DNA of 64,000 nt from NCBI RefSeq assembly GCF_965655755.1, contig NZ_CBFHHW010000006.1, forward strand, positions 11,031 to 75,030. The letters run 5' to 3'. Made by a program: the position numbers and the translations under genes. The stretch is from Methylophaga sp. (GTDB lineage Bacteria; Pseudomonadota; Gammaproteobacteria; Nitrosococcales; Methylophagaceae). The notes beneath the pieces were generated by a model. It did no database searches and was not told the origin of the DNA. It worked only from the letters and a program-made list of their open reading frames with translations. This document shows, one piece after another, positions 1 through 9,115 of the stretch; positions within the stretch are counted from its first letter, which is position 1; every line of letters starts with the position of its first letter.

Positions 1-463
1 CGCTGTTACTGTTGCCACCGCATTCGATAAAACAGATTCGCGCTTTTTGTGGGTAACGTTTTAAAGCTTCAACACTGAATTTGAGTGGTGTATCAACCAA
101 GCCATCAATTAATAAGATGTGTGTTCTCGGATCGATATCAGGCACACCATTATGATGGCGTTCGTAATGAAGACCGTTCGGCGTAATTGTGCCCTGAAGC
201 TCATGTAATGGCGCCCATGAAACGCCGTTTCCCGGCATATCCTGATTAGCAGATATCCAGCGGATGACCTCTTTTTCGTAAGAGGATGGCTGGCCATAGT
301 TAGTGAATGGCCGGCCGGCCTGGCGCATTGACTCTGGCAGGACGTCAGCAAAATCAACGGCTTTCTGAGCAGCCATTATAGGCAGGCTGAATCCGGCAAA
401 TGCACCGCCTAAAGCCGTTGTTTGTAGAAATTGACGACGACTCTCGAGCAGTTTGTTTGCCAT
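1..463 (-). CDS. soxC: SoxC-family molybdopterin sulfite/sulfane dehydrogenase catalytic subunit; N-terminal 154 aa only, runs off window start
   Basis: Not in ORF track; translated by hand from ATG at 463: MANKLLESRRQFLQTTALGG (Tat motif) ... PLHELQGTITPNGLHYERHHNGVPDIDP ... LIDGLVDTPLKFSVEALKRYP ... FIECGGNS (Mo-ligating Cys). Open frame to position 1. Confidence 0.85.
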   Translation of the reverse strand, partial: MANKLLESRRQFLQTTALGGAFAGFSLPIMAAQKAVDFADVLPESMRQAGRPFTNYGQPSSYEKEVIRWISANQDMPGNGVSWAPLHELQGTITPNGLHYERHHNGVPDIDPRTHILLIDGLVDTPLKFSVEALKRYPQKARICFIECGGNSNS

Positions 464-474
464 ACCATGCGCCT

Positions 475-1092
475 TTATTCTGTAGCGTTTACCAATTCGA
501 CTTCAAACCATTCATCAAGTTTTTGAATGGCTTCATCTCGGCCACTTTTATTCAATGACGAGAACATCTGAACAGTAGCAGTAAGATCCTGTTTTTTGAG
601 TTCGCTGATCACTTTAAGCATGCTTTGCTTGGCTGCACCATGTTTGAATTTATCCGATTTGGTCAAAAGGATATGTACAGCGAGATCAGCTTGATTCGCC
701 CAGCTAATCATTTGCAGGTCGAAAGCTTTCAGCGGGTGACGAATATCCATCATCAGCATCAATCCTCGTAGAGATTGTCGCGTTTCCAGATATTTGGCTA
801 GCGTTTCTTGCCACTTTAGTTTCATTTTTTCCGGCACTTTTGCGTAGCCATAACCTGGAAGATCGACTAATGCACGCTGCTCATCCAAGCTGAAAAAGTT
901 AATCATCTGAGTACGACCCGGTGTTTTACTGGTCCTTGCCAGAGATCGGATCCCTGTTATCGTGTTGATTGCGCTGGACTTTCCCGCATTAGATCGGCCG
1001 GCGAAAGCGACTTCCAAACCTATATCGTCGGGTAACTGAGACAGTTGGGTCGCGCTGCCGGTATAATGGGCGTTTCTATAGAGCTGTGACAT
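475..1092 (-). CDS. engB: Ribosome biogenesis GTPase YihA/EngB (start probably ATG 1092)
   Basis: EVAFAGRSNAGKSS (G1), DLPGYG (G3), TKSDK (G4). Confidence 0.97.
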   Translation of the reverse strand: MSQLYRNAHYTGSATQLSQLPDDIGLEVAFAGRSNAGKSSAINTITGIRSLARTSKTPGRTQMINFFSLDEQRALVDLPGYGYAKVPEKMKLKWQETLAKYLETRQSLRGLMLMMDIRHPLKAFDLQMISWANQADLAVHILLTKSDKFKHGAAKQSMLKVISELKKQDLTATVQMFSSLNKSGRDEAIQKLDEWFEVELVNATE

Positions 1093-1180
1093 GGAACCAT
1101 TTCGGGTGAAATATTGACCCAATAAGGGTAGCATACCCACAGTTTCAAAATACAAATGCTTAGTTTTCAGGTAGAGAGAA

Positions 1181-1789
1181 ATGAAAAGAACGTTAATATT
1201 AGCTGTGCTTGGCATGGCCCTCGGTATGACCTCCTCTGCAATGGCTGCAGGTAATGTAGCCGCCGGGAAGGAAAAATCGGCTGTCTGTGCAGCCTGTCAT
1301 GGCATTGACGGCAATGGTTTGTCCGATGCTTATCCAAAACTGGCCGGTCAACATGAAGGTTATCTCGTCAAACAGTTAATGGAATTCAAAAGTGGCGCCC
1401 GCCAAAATGCCCTGATGGCGCCAATGGTTGCTAATTTATCTGAACAAGATATGGCCGACCTAGCTGCTTATTTCGCCAGCCAGAAAACGACGCCAGGTGC
1501 GGTATCCGAAGATTTGGTGGCTGCTGGCGAGCAAATCTACCGTGGTGGTAATAAAGAAACTGGCGTGCCCGCCTGTATGGCCTGTCACGGCCCCAATGGT
1601 AATGGCATTCCTGCAGCTAACTGGCCTAAATTATCCGGTCAATACAATAGCTACGTGGAAACGCAATTGCATGCATTCGCTAATGGCGACCGCAATAATT
1701 CTCCTAACGGTATGATGGCTGATATCGCTAGTAAGATGAGTGAAGCTGAAATCAAAGCCGTTTCGGCCTACGTTTTTGGTCTGAAATAA
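1181..1789 (+). CDS. Di-heme cytochrome c4
   Basis: Signal peptide; two CxxCH motifs (CAACH, CMACH); YPKLAGQH and WPKLSGQY; divergent from engB as is typical. Confidence 0.95.
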   Translation: MKRTLILAVLGMALGMTSSAMAAGNVAAGKEKSAVCAACHGIDGNGLSDAYPKLAGQHEGYLVKQLMEFKSGARQNALMAPMVANLSEQDMADLAAYFASQKTTPGAVSEDLVAAGEQIYRGGNKETGVPACMACHGPNGNGIPAANWPKLSGQYNSYVETQLHAFANGDRNNSPNGMMADIASKMSEAEIKAVSAYVFGLK

Positions 1790-1800
1790 TTCAGTCTCAT

Positions 1801-1825
1801 GCCTGCACATTGTGAATGTGCAGGC
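1801..1825 (+). other. Intercistronic hairpin with perfect 11-bp stem between c4 and resB
   Basis: GCCTGCACATT-gtg-AATGTGCAGGC; no U-tract. Confidence 0.6.
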
Positions 1826-1870
1826 GTTGCTGACACATTCAGGTAAGTTTACCTGGAATAGGGTTCCCCC

Positions 1871-3880
1871 ATGTCGCAAACCAAGGATTCTAAACTTCCA
1901 CATCGCAGCTTCGCATGGCGCCTGTTTCACTTTCTGGGCACCATGGAGTTGGCGATTACACTGCTGATTACGTTGGCGATCGCGTCAGTGATAGGCACGG
2001 TATTACAGCAAAACCAACCTTATCCTGATTATGTGATTAAATTCGGCCCTTACTGGTTTGAAGTGTTTGAATCGCTGGGGCTTTATGATGTATATAGCGC
2101 CCTCTGGTTTTTGATCATTCTCACTTTGTTAGTGATTTCCACGTCGGTCTGCGTCATTCGTCATGCCCCATCGATGTTCAAAGATATGTTCAATCTGAGA
2201 ACCAATGTTCAACTCAAATCTCTTCGCTCAATGCACCATCGTGCGGATTGGGTTGAGAACGCTGACTTAAATACTACCGCCGATAATTTACAGTCTTTTT
2301 TTAAGACGAAAGGCTTCAGAACCCGGGTCACTGATAAAGGCGATGATCGTCTTATCTCAGCCATGCGGGGCGGAATGAACCGATTGGGTTATATCCTCAC
2401 GCATGTGGCGATTATAGTCATCTGTGTGGGTGGGTTGATGGACAGTAACTTGCCATTGAAATTGGCGGAGTGGCAAGGAAAGCTGAAAATTGAGACCCGT
2501 AATTTACCTTTGAGTCAGATCCCTCAGGAAAGCCGTCTTCCGGTTGGTGCACAGGCGTTTCGAGGCAGTGTCAGTATTGGTGAGGGTCGCTCTTCAGCAG
2601 TGGTTTACTTGCCAATGCGTGACGGGTATCTGGTGCAAAATTTACCTTTCACGATCGCGGTTGATGAGTTCCGGATTGAACACTATCCAACCGGCCAACC
2701 CAAATCTTTTGAGTCTGATTTAAAAGTCTATGATCCCGAGTTGGAAGAGCCGATTACAACAACGATTTCTGTGAATCATCCGCTTATCCATAAAGGCTAC
2801 GCGATATACCAGGCCAGTTTCGGTGATGGCGGTTCAGAGTTAACTATGGATGCATGGCCGTTGTTTGCCGAGCAGGCTGAGGCGGTGACGGTTGATACCA
2901 AAGTATTTGAAACGCGTGAGATGCACTGGGGTGAACAGACCATGCAGCTTGAAATGACCGGCTTCAGACCGTTTAATATCAATCCCGATCCGACAGAAGA
3001 CGATCCCAAAAACGTGCGCAATTATGGACCGAGTATTCAGTTCAAATTACGTCGCGATACTGGTGAAGCGTTGGAATATGAAAACTACATGTATCCGGTC
3101 GAACGTGAAGGCCGTGAATTCTTTCTCAGTGGGGTTCGTAGCAGTCCGGCAGAAGAGTTTGGTTATTTACATATTCCGGCGGACGAGAACGGTGAATTGG
3201 ACGGCTTTATGCAGTTTTTGCAAGATCTGAATGATCAGGAAATGGTAGAAGACGTCGCAATACAAATGAAAGACGAAACCTTGTTGAGTCTGCAAACAGA
3301 AGACGATCTTGTGCTGGGAGAAAGTCTGCAAAAAACCTTGGTCACGTTAGTGGATATGTTCATGCGCGGTGGCTTTGGCGATGTTCGTGACTTTGTCGAA
3401 GAGACACTGCCAGCAGCGGAACGAGACAATCTGGCGCCAGCGTATCTCGCCATGTTGCGTGAAATGCTAGGCAGAATCTATTTTATCGGTCTGGATCTGT
3501 CAGAGAGTGATACTGTCGATGAGTCGCAGCTGTTATTCATGCAGGATGCGATTGATGCAATCGGCAGTCTTCCGCGGTATGGTTCTCCTGTCTATCTGGC
3601 ACTACAAGATTACACTCATATTGAATCAACCGGTTTGCAGATTGCACGATCACCGGGTAAGTCTGTTGTTTATCTAGGCTGTGCTTTTCTGGTTGCCGGT
3701 GTATTTTTGTTGTTCTATCTTCCGCAAAGACGGTTCTGGGTCTGGCTCAAGAATGAGAACCAACAGACGCAAGTGTATCTTGCCGGTATGAGTAACCGTA
3801 ATCCAAGAGAGTTTGATAGTTTTTTTGAACAAATACGGAAGGAAATACAATCTCAGCAGGGGAACTCTGCTACGGGTTGA
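1871..3880 (+). CDS. resB: Cytochrome c biogenesis protein ResB/CcsB (System II)
   Basis: MELAITLL..LAIASVIGTVLQQNQP, LGLYDVYSALWF, GYILTHVAII (His), VNHPL..KGYAIYQASF, C-terminal TM. Confidence 0.93.
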   Translation: MSQTKDSKLPHRSFAWRLFHFLGTMELAITLLITLAIASVIGTVLQQNQPYPDYVIKFGPYWFEVFESLGLYDVYSALWFLIILTLLVISTSVCVIRHAPSMFKDMFNLRTNVQLKSLRSMHHRADWVENADLNTTADNLQSFFKTKGFRTRVTDKGDDRLISAMRGGMNRLGYILTHVAIIVICVGGLMDSNLPLKLAEWQGKLKIETRNLPLSQIPQESRLPVGAQAFRGSVSIGEGRSSAVVYLPMRDGYLVQNLPFTIAVDEFRIEHYPTGQPKSFESDLKVYDPELEEPITTTISVNHPLIHKGYAIYQASFGDGGSELTMDAWPLFAEQAEAVTVDTKVFETREMHWGEQTMQLEMTGFRPFNINPDPTEDDPKNVRNYGPSIQFKLRRDTGEALEYENYMYPVEREGREFFLSGVRSSPAEEFGYLHIPADENGELDGFMQFLQDLNDQEMVEDVAIQMKDETLLSLQTEDDLVLGESLQKTLVTLVDMFMRGGFGDVRDFVEETLPAAERDNLAPAYLAMLREMLGRIYFIGLDLSESDTVDESQLLFMQDAIDAIGSLPRYGSPVYLALQDYTHIESTGLQIARSPGKSVVYLGCAFLVAGVFLLFYLPQRRFWVWLKNENQQTQVYLAGMSNRNPREFDSFFEQIRKEIQSQQGNSATG

Positions 3881-3923
3881 TGTTCTTAGTCTCTAATTTA
3901 CGTTAGCGCGTAGTGAGAAAAAT

Positions 3924-5078
3924 ATGACAGCAAATCTAACTACTGTAAATCCGAATAAATCGTCGATTCTGACTTGGCTGTGGCGACTATTGATGACACT
4001 TTCTGCGATAGGCTTGATTAGCTATTACGCCGAAGTGCTCGATGTCTACGAAGTCAGTATTGTTATCCTGACAGCTATAAGCATGGCTTTTTTAGGCCAG
4101 GACTGGCCCGGTTTCCGCTGGCATGTGATTGCCGCCGCGATATTGAGTTTAGTGGCGGTATCCTTATACGGTACTGATCTGGGGCAGGCAGAGAACAGCT
4201 TTTGGTTAAATTACATATTGGCTAGCCAATCGGCTTTCATGTGGATGAGTGCGTTATTCGTGATGGCGACAGTAACCTATTTTGCCGGTATGGCACTAGA
4301 CTCGGCATTTACCCAAAAAGTCGCTACCGCATTGACATGGTCAGCAACAACAATGGGTATGGTCGGTTTGATGGTGCGCTGGCGGGAGTCATACCTTATC
4401 GGTGCTGATATAGGGCATATACCTGTTAGTAATCTGTATGAAGTTTTTATCCTGTTTTCGGTGGTCACGGCATTACTTTACTTGTTTTATGAAAGACGTT
4501 ATGAAACGCGAAGCCTGGGTGGCTTTGTCTTATTGGTCATTAGTGCTGCTGTAGTTTTTCAGCTTTGGTATACCTTTGAGCGGAATGCCCATGAAATTCA
4601 ACCTCTAGTGCCGGCATTGCAAAGCTACTGGATGAAAATTCACGTTCCCGCCAACTTTGTTGGTTATGGTGCTTTTGCGATGGCGGCAATGATTGGTGTG
4701 GCTTATCTGCTGGTATCGTGGCGGCAACAAAAGCAGGGTGATAGTGCATGGCTAAGAACGATGCCTTCATTAACGATGATGGACGATTTAATGTATAAAT
4801 CCATCGCTTTAGGCTTTGCTTTTTTCACCCTAGCCACTATTTTAGGTGCATTGTGGGCCGCTGAAGCCTGGGGTGGCTACTGGTCCTGGGATCCAAAAGA
4901 AACCTGGGCGTTGATCGTCTGGTTAAATTACGCTGCTTGGTTGCATATGCGAATGACCAAGGGGTGGAATGGTGTTCCAATGGCCTGGTGGGCATTAATT
5001 GGTCTTTTCGTGACCTTATTTGCCTTTCTTGGTGTCAATATGTTTCTGTCAGGGCTGCATTCCTACGGCACCCTCTAA
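3924..5078 (+). CDS. ccsA: Cytochrome c biogenesis protein CcsA/ResC (System II heme lyase)
   Basis: WWD domain WAAEAWGGYWSWDPKETWA; HIPVSNLYE; WMKIHVP; LHSYG. Confidence 0.96.
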   Translation: MTANLTTVNPNKSSILTWLWRLLMTLSAIGLISYYAEVLDVYEVSIVILTAISMAFLGQDWPGFRWHVIAAAILSLVAVSLYGTDLGQAENSFWLNYILASQSAFMWMSALFVMATVTYFAGMALDSAFTQKVATALTWSATTMGMVGLMVRWRESYLIGADIGHIPVSNLYEVFILFSVVTALLYLFYERRYETRSLGGFVLLVISAAVVFQLWYTFERNAHEIQPLVPALQSYWMKIHVPANFVGYGAFAMAAMIGVAYLLVSWRQQKQGDSAWLRTMPSLTMMDDLMYKSIALGFAFFTLATILGALWAAEAWGGYWSWDPKETWALIVWLNYAAWLHMRMTKGWNGVPMAWWALIGLFVTLFAFLGVNMFLSGLHSYGTL

Positions 5079-5099
5079 ATCTCAGTAATAAAGGAAAGT

Positions 5100-5735
5100 T
5101 TGATGATGAGAAAATTGATGCATACGCTCGCCGCAGCTGTTCTGATGACGGTGTTTACAACAACAGCTTCTGCTGTGCCGATGAATTATGTAGAAGGCAC
5201 ACATTTTTTTCCTACCGCTGAGAAATTGGCTACTTCCGATGACAATATGATTGAAGTTGTCGAGATGTTTTCCTACACCTGTCCGCATTGTTTCAAACTT
5301 GAACCTGCGATTGATGAATGGAAACAAACCCTGCCCGAAAATGTTAAATTTACCAAGGTTCCAGCCATCTTTCGTGATAGTTGGTTAGAACTGGCGAAGG
5401 TTTACTATGCCGCCGAAGCAACGGGTGATCTGGAAATGCTACACCCGAAGCTATTTAATGCCATTCATGTTGATAAACGTCGTCTCAACACTGAAGATCA
5501 GTTACTTGACTTTGTTGAAGAGCAAGGCATTGATCGTGAAAGCTTTGCCAAAATGATGAACTCATTTTCAGTTCAGGGCAAAGTTAAAAAGGCCTTGGTG
5601 ATGAGTCAGACTTCTGGTATCACCGGAGTCCCTTCAATCATTGTTGATGGCCGCTATCGAACTGATGCCAGTAGCGCCGGTGGGGCAGAAGATCTCTTCG
5701 GTGTTGTTGATCAATTAATACAACAAGCAAACTAA
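5100..5735 (+). CDS. dsbA: Thiol:disulfide interchange protein DsbA
   Basis: Signal peptide, FSYTCPHC, cis-Pro motif GVPSIIVDGRY. Confidence 0.95.
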   Translation: MMMRKLMHTLAAAVLMTVFTTTASAVPMNYVEGTHFFPTAEKLATSDDNMIEVVEMFSYTCPHCFKLEPAIDEWKQTLPENVKFTKVPAIFRDSWLELAKVYYAAEATGDLEMLHPKLFNAIHVDKRRLNTEDQLLDFVEEQGIDRESFAKMMNSFSVQGKVKKALVMSQTSGITGVPSIIVDGRYRTDASSAGGAEDLFGVVDQLIQQAN

Positions 5736-5746
5736 TCTCATATAAG

Positions 5747-5769
5747 AAGCCCGGTTCACCGGGCTTTTT
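5747..5769. terminator. Intrinsic terminator between convergent dsbA and mltF
   Basis: AAGCCCGG-ttca-CCGGGCTT followed by T-run. Confidence 0.85.
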
Positions 5770-5770
5770 A

Positions 5771-7168
5771 TTATAGGGCTTCAGGAATCGTTTGACCTGC
5801 CGGTGACACGGGTGTGATCACCGGGCTGCTGGCATCATCGTGATGAAGCAGTACGTCCAGGTAACGGCGAATATTTTGCACATAGCGCACCGGCTCACTT
5901 CCTCGAGCATAACCATATCGTGTTTGCGAGAACCATTTCTTTTTAGATAACAAGGGCAATGTTTCACGTACATCGCTCCATGAATTGGGGTTTTTGCCTA
6001 AAGTCTGCGTCAAAACGCGCGCATCTTCCAAATGGCCGAGCCCCACATTATAGGCAGCCAACGCAAACCAGATACGGTCTGGTGGTTTAATACCATCAGG
6101 CAGTCTTGAATACATTTCGGCCAGATAAGCTGCGCCGGCAAAGATACTTTGTTCGGGATCCTCTCGGTCTGTCACATCCATTTCCCGGGCTGTTGCTTGG
6201 GTAAGCATCATTAAACCCCGGACCCCAGTACTAGATACAGCATCACGATTCCAGTGGGATTCCTGGTAAGACATAGCGGCTAACAAATGCCAATCAAATT
6301 GGTGTTGTTCACCGGCTTGCTGAAACATGTCCTTATACAACGGCAGATGTGTCTGAATTCGACGGTGGATGGCTCGGGTGTCGACATAATCAAAACGGCG
6401 GATATGGCCGTAGTATTTTTCAATTAATTTGTCGAGTTCTCCTGAAGCTTCCAGATCTTCAAAAAATGCCATTAATTCATGATAAAGACTATCATCTTCT
6501 GCAATCGGTAATGCCCAGGCCAGCGCTTGAGGCTCTGAAATATCGAATGCAACCCGTAATTCCGGAAATAGGCTTTGATTAGCCGACATTTCATTGGAAT
6601 CAATGATGGTGTAGTCAATTAACTCGAGTTGTACCAACTCCAGCAGGCCACTATTATCGAGTTCATCATTTTCCCGCCAATACAGATCAGGGAATTCTTC
6701 TTGTAAGGTCTGTAATTGTTCAACATGACTGCTATCGGCAACGACTTCCAATTGTCCGTCAACGACTTCAGTAATATCGCCTGGCTTTGGATTGCCATTT
6801 TTGTAGACAAGTTGTTGAGTGACTTCATGGTAGACAGGCCCGAAACGGATATGATTTTTACGTTGCTCAGTTACTGTGAGGCCTGCAGCTGCAATATCAG
6901 CCTGACCTTGCTCAATGAGTCTGAGCATATCGCCCAGATTATCGGGCACGATGATTTTTAATGTAACGTCAAGTCTGTCAGCAAACTTCTGAGCCAGTTC
7001 ATACTCAAAACCGGCTATCGTGTCACCTTTAATGTAATAACTGGTTAAGCCATAACGACTCAGTACGCGGAGTTCACCGCGATCCTGGATTTCATCCAGA
7101 TGCGGCTGTGCTTCTCCGCAAGCGGTCAACATGCACAGTGTTAGCAAAAAAATCGTGATTGTTTTCAA
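5771..7168 (-). CDS. mltF: Membrane-bound lytic murein transglycosylase MltF
   Basis: Lipobox LTAC, N-terminal PBP domain (GFEYELA), SLT domain (YQESHW, GLMMLT, LAAYNVGLGHLEDAR). Confidence 0.95.
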   Translation of the reverse strand: MKTITIFLLTLCMLTACGEAQPHLDEIQDRGELRVLSRYGLTSYYIKGDTIAGFEYELAQKFADRLDVTLKIIVPDNLGDMLRLIEQGQADIAAAGLTVTEQRKNHIRFGPVYHEVTQQLVYKNGNPKPGDITEVVDGQLEVVADSSHVEQLQTLQEEFPDLYWRENDELDNSGLLELVQLELIDYTIIDSNEMSANQSLFPELRVAFDISEPQALAWALPIAEDDSLYHELMAFFEDLEASGELDKLIEKYYGHIRRFDYVDTRAIHRRIQTHLPLYKDMFQQAGEQHQFDWHLLAAMSYQESHWNRDAVSSTGVRGLMMLTQATAREMDVTDREDPEQSIFAGAAYLAEMYSRLPDGIKPPDRIWFALAAYNVGLGHLEDARVLTQTLGKNPNSWSDVRETLPLLSKKKWFSQTRYGYARGSEPVRYVQNIRRYLDVLLHHDDASSPVITPVSPAGQTIPEAL

Positions 7169-7322
7169 AGATATTCCTCGGTAAGAAAACGCATGAATTA
7201 TCTCCTTATATCGACCTCATTGCACCCGTCAGAGTTTTTTATCTGACAAATATATCTGTTTTCATTGGAAAAATTCATAAATGCATTATAATTCACACTT
7301 TTTTTATGTGGATATATTGCCG

Positions 7323-8669
7323 ATGAATGCGCCTGAATTATTGCTTCCAGCCGGCAGCCTGGAGCATATGCGTTATGCCTATGCTTTTGGTGCTGATGCC
7401 GTCTATGCCGGGCAGCCACGTTACAGTCTGCGAGTCAGAAACAATGACTTTCATAAACTGGCGGTGATGGCACAGGGTATCAATGAAGCACACAAGTTGA
7501 ATAAGAAATTCTTTGTCGCCAGTAACCTGATGCCACATAACGCCAAGCTCAAGACCTATATTGCAGATATGGAACCGGTGATTGAAATGGGCCCGGATGC
7601 ATTGATTATGGCTGATCCCGGCCTGATCATGATGGTACGTGAGCGCTGGCCGGAAATGCCGGTGCATTTATCGGTGCAGGCGAATACCGTTAATTACCAG
7701 GCAGTGAAGTTCTGGAAGTCGCTGGGGCTGAGCCGGGTGATCCTGTCACGGGAATTGTCACTGGATGAGATTGAAGAAATCCGTCAACAGTGTCCGGAAA
7801 TGGAACTGGAAGTGTTTGTACACGGAGCACTCTGTATCGCTTATTCAGGCCGCTGCCTTTTGTCCGGTTATTTCAATCACCGGGATCCCAATCAAGGCAC
7901 CTGTACTAACGCTTGTCGCTGGGAATACAAAACCCACAGCAGTAATGGCAATGATGATGCGCCGCAAAAAATAGACTTTCAGGCTTTTGATGAGATCAAT
8001 CAGAGTGGTCTGTCTGACTGTGGTGGTCAACAGCGGCATCCTTTGGCTGACCAGGTTTACCTGATAGAAGAAAAAAATCGCCCCGGTGAAATGATGCCAA
8101 TATTCGAGGATGAACATGGCACCTATATTATGAACTCGAAAGATCTGCGAGCCGTGCAACATATCGAGCGGCTGGTGAAAATTGGCATTGACTCGCTCAA
8201 AATCGAGGGCCGGACCAAGTCCCTCTATTATGTTGCCCGAACGGCGCAGATATACCGTCAGGCGATTAATGATGCAATGGCAGGTAAAGCCTTCGACCCT
8301 ACCCTGATTAGCAAGTTGGATAATCTCGCTAATCGCGGCTATACCGATGGTTTTTACCAGCGGCATCCAACACAGGAACAGCAGAATTACCTGCATGGTT
8401 ATTCCAGCAGTGAGCGTCAGCAGTATGTGGGTGAGATGACTGCGGTTGATAAAGACAGGCAGCTGCTGAAAGTGAACGTTAAAAATCGCTTTGCTATCGG
8501 TGACCGTCTCGAGTTGATTACGCCCTCAGGCAATCGGAAATTTGTACTGGAGCAGCTCTTGGACAAGAAATTAGAGTCTGTTGATATCGCGCCGGGAAGT
8601 GGTCATGAGGTCTATATTCCTTTTCAGGGGCAGCCACCCGAGCGGGCGATAGTCTCTAAATATCTCTAG
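7323..8669 (+). CDS. trhP: U32-family tRNA hydroxylation protein TrhP/YegQ
   Basis: PELLLPAGS, GADAVYAG, HGALCIAYSGRCLLS, CTNACRW, SLKIEGR. Confidence 0.92.
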   Translation: MNAPELLLPAGSLEHMRYAYAFGADAVYAGQPRYSLRVRNNDFHKLAVMAQGINEAHKLNKKFFVASNLMPHNAKLKTYIADMEPVIEMGPDALIMADPGLIMMVRERWPEMPVHLSVQANTVNYQAVKFWKSLGLSRVILSRELSLDEIEEIRQQCPEMELEVFVHGALCIAYSGRCLLSGYFNHRDPNQGTCTNACRWEYKTHSSNGNDDAPQKIDFQAFDEINQSGLSDCGGQQRHPLADQVYLIEEKNRPGEMMPIFEDEHGTYIMNSKDLRAVQHIERLVKIGIDSLKIEGRTKSLYYVARTAQIYRQAINDAMAGKAFDPTLISKLDNLANRGYTDGFYQRHPTQEQQNYLHGYSSSERQQYVGEMTAVDKDRQLLKVNVKNRFAIGDRLELITPSGNRKFVLEQLLDKKLESVDIAPGSGHEVYIPFQGQPPERAIVSKYL

Positions 8670-9115
8670 CGGCGAGCACGGAAGAACCGCCGCAGCATGT
8701 CGCTGCTTTGCTCAGCTAATAGGCCTGATTCACATTGCACACGGTGATTGAGATTGGGGAGGTTGAACACATCGACACAGCTGCCGGCGGCACCGGTTTT
8801 AGGTTCTTTGGATGCGAATATGAGTCGGTTTATACGAGCATGGACCAGCCCGCCAGCGCACATTACGCAAGGTTCCAGAGTAATGTACATGTCAGCACCG
8901 GGAATGCGGTAGTTCTGCATACGCTCACAGGCCTGACGTAAGGCGATAATCTCGGCATGTGCCGTTGCATCGCTACTTAAAATCGGCTGGTTCCACCCTT
9001 CACCAATAATTTCATTATCAAGCACGATCACAGCGCCTACCGGTACTTCACCCTGTTTTTCTGCAAATGCTGCCAGTTCCAGAGCACGTTGCATCCACTT
9101 TGCATCATCCGACAT
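8666..9115 (-). CDS. tadA: tRNA adenosine(34) deaminase TadA
   Basis: EVPVGAV, HAE, TLEPCVMC. Confidence 0.96.
   Translation of the reverse strand: MSDDAKWMQRALELAAFAEKQGEVPVGAVIVLDNEIIGEGWNQPILSSDATAHAEIIALRQACERMQNYRIPGADMYITLEPCVMCAGGLVHARINRLIFASKEPKTGAAGSCVDVFNLPNLNHRVQCESGLLAEQSSDMLRRFFRARR

Noticed and set aside
109-357. 82-aa minus-strand ORF in the track
   Set aside because: It overlaps the SoxC-like frame, which carries recognisable motifs; it is an alternative-frame artefact.
7845-8396. 183-aa antisense ORF within trhP
   Set aside because: Shadow of a conserved gene, with no recognisable motif.
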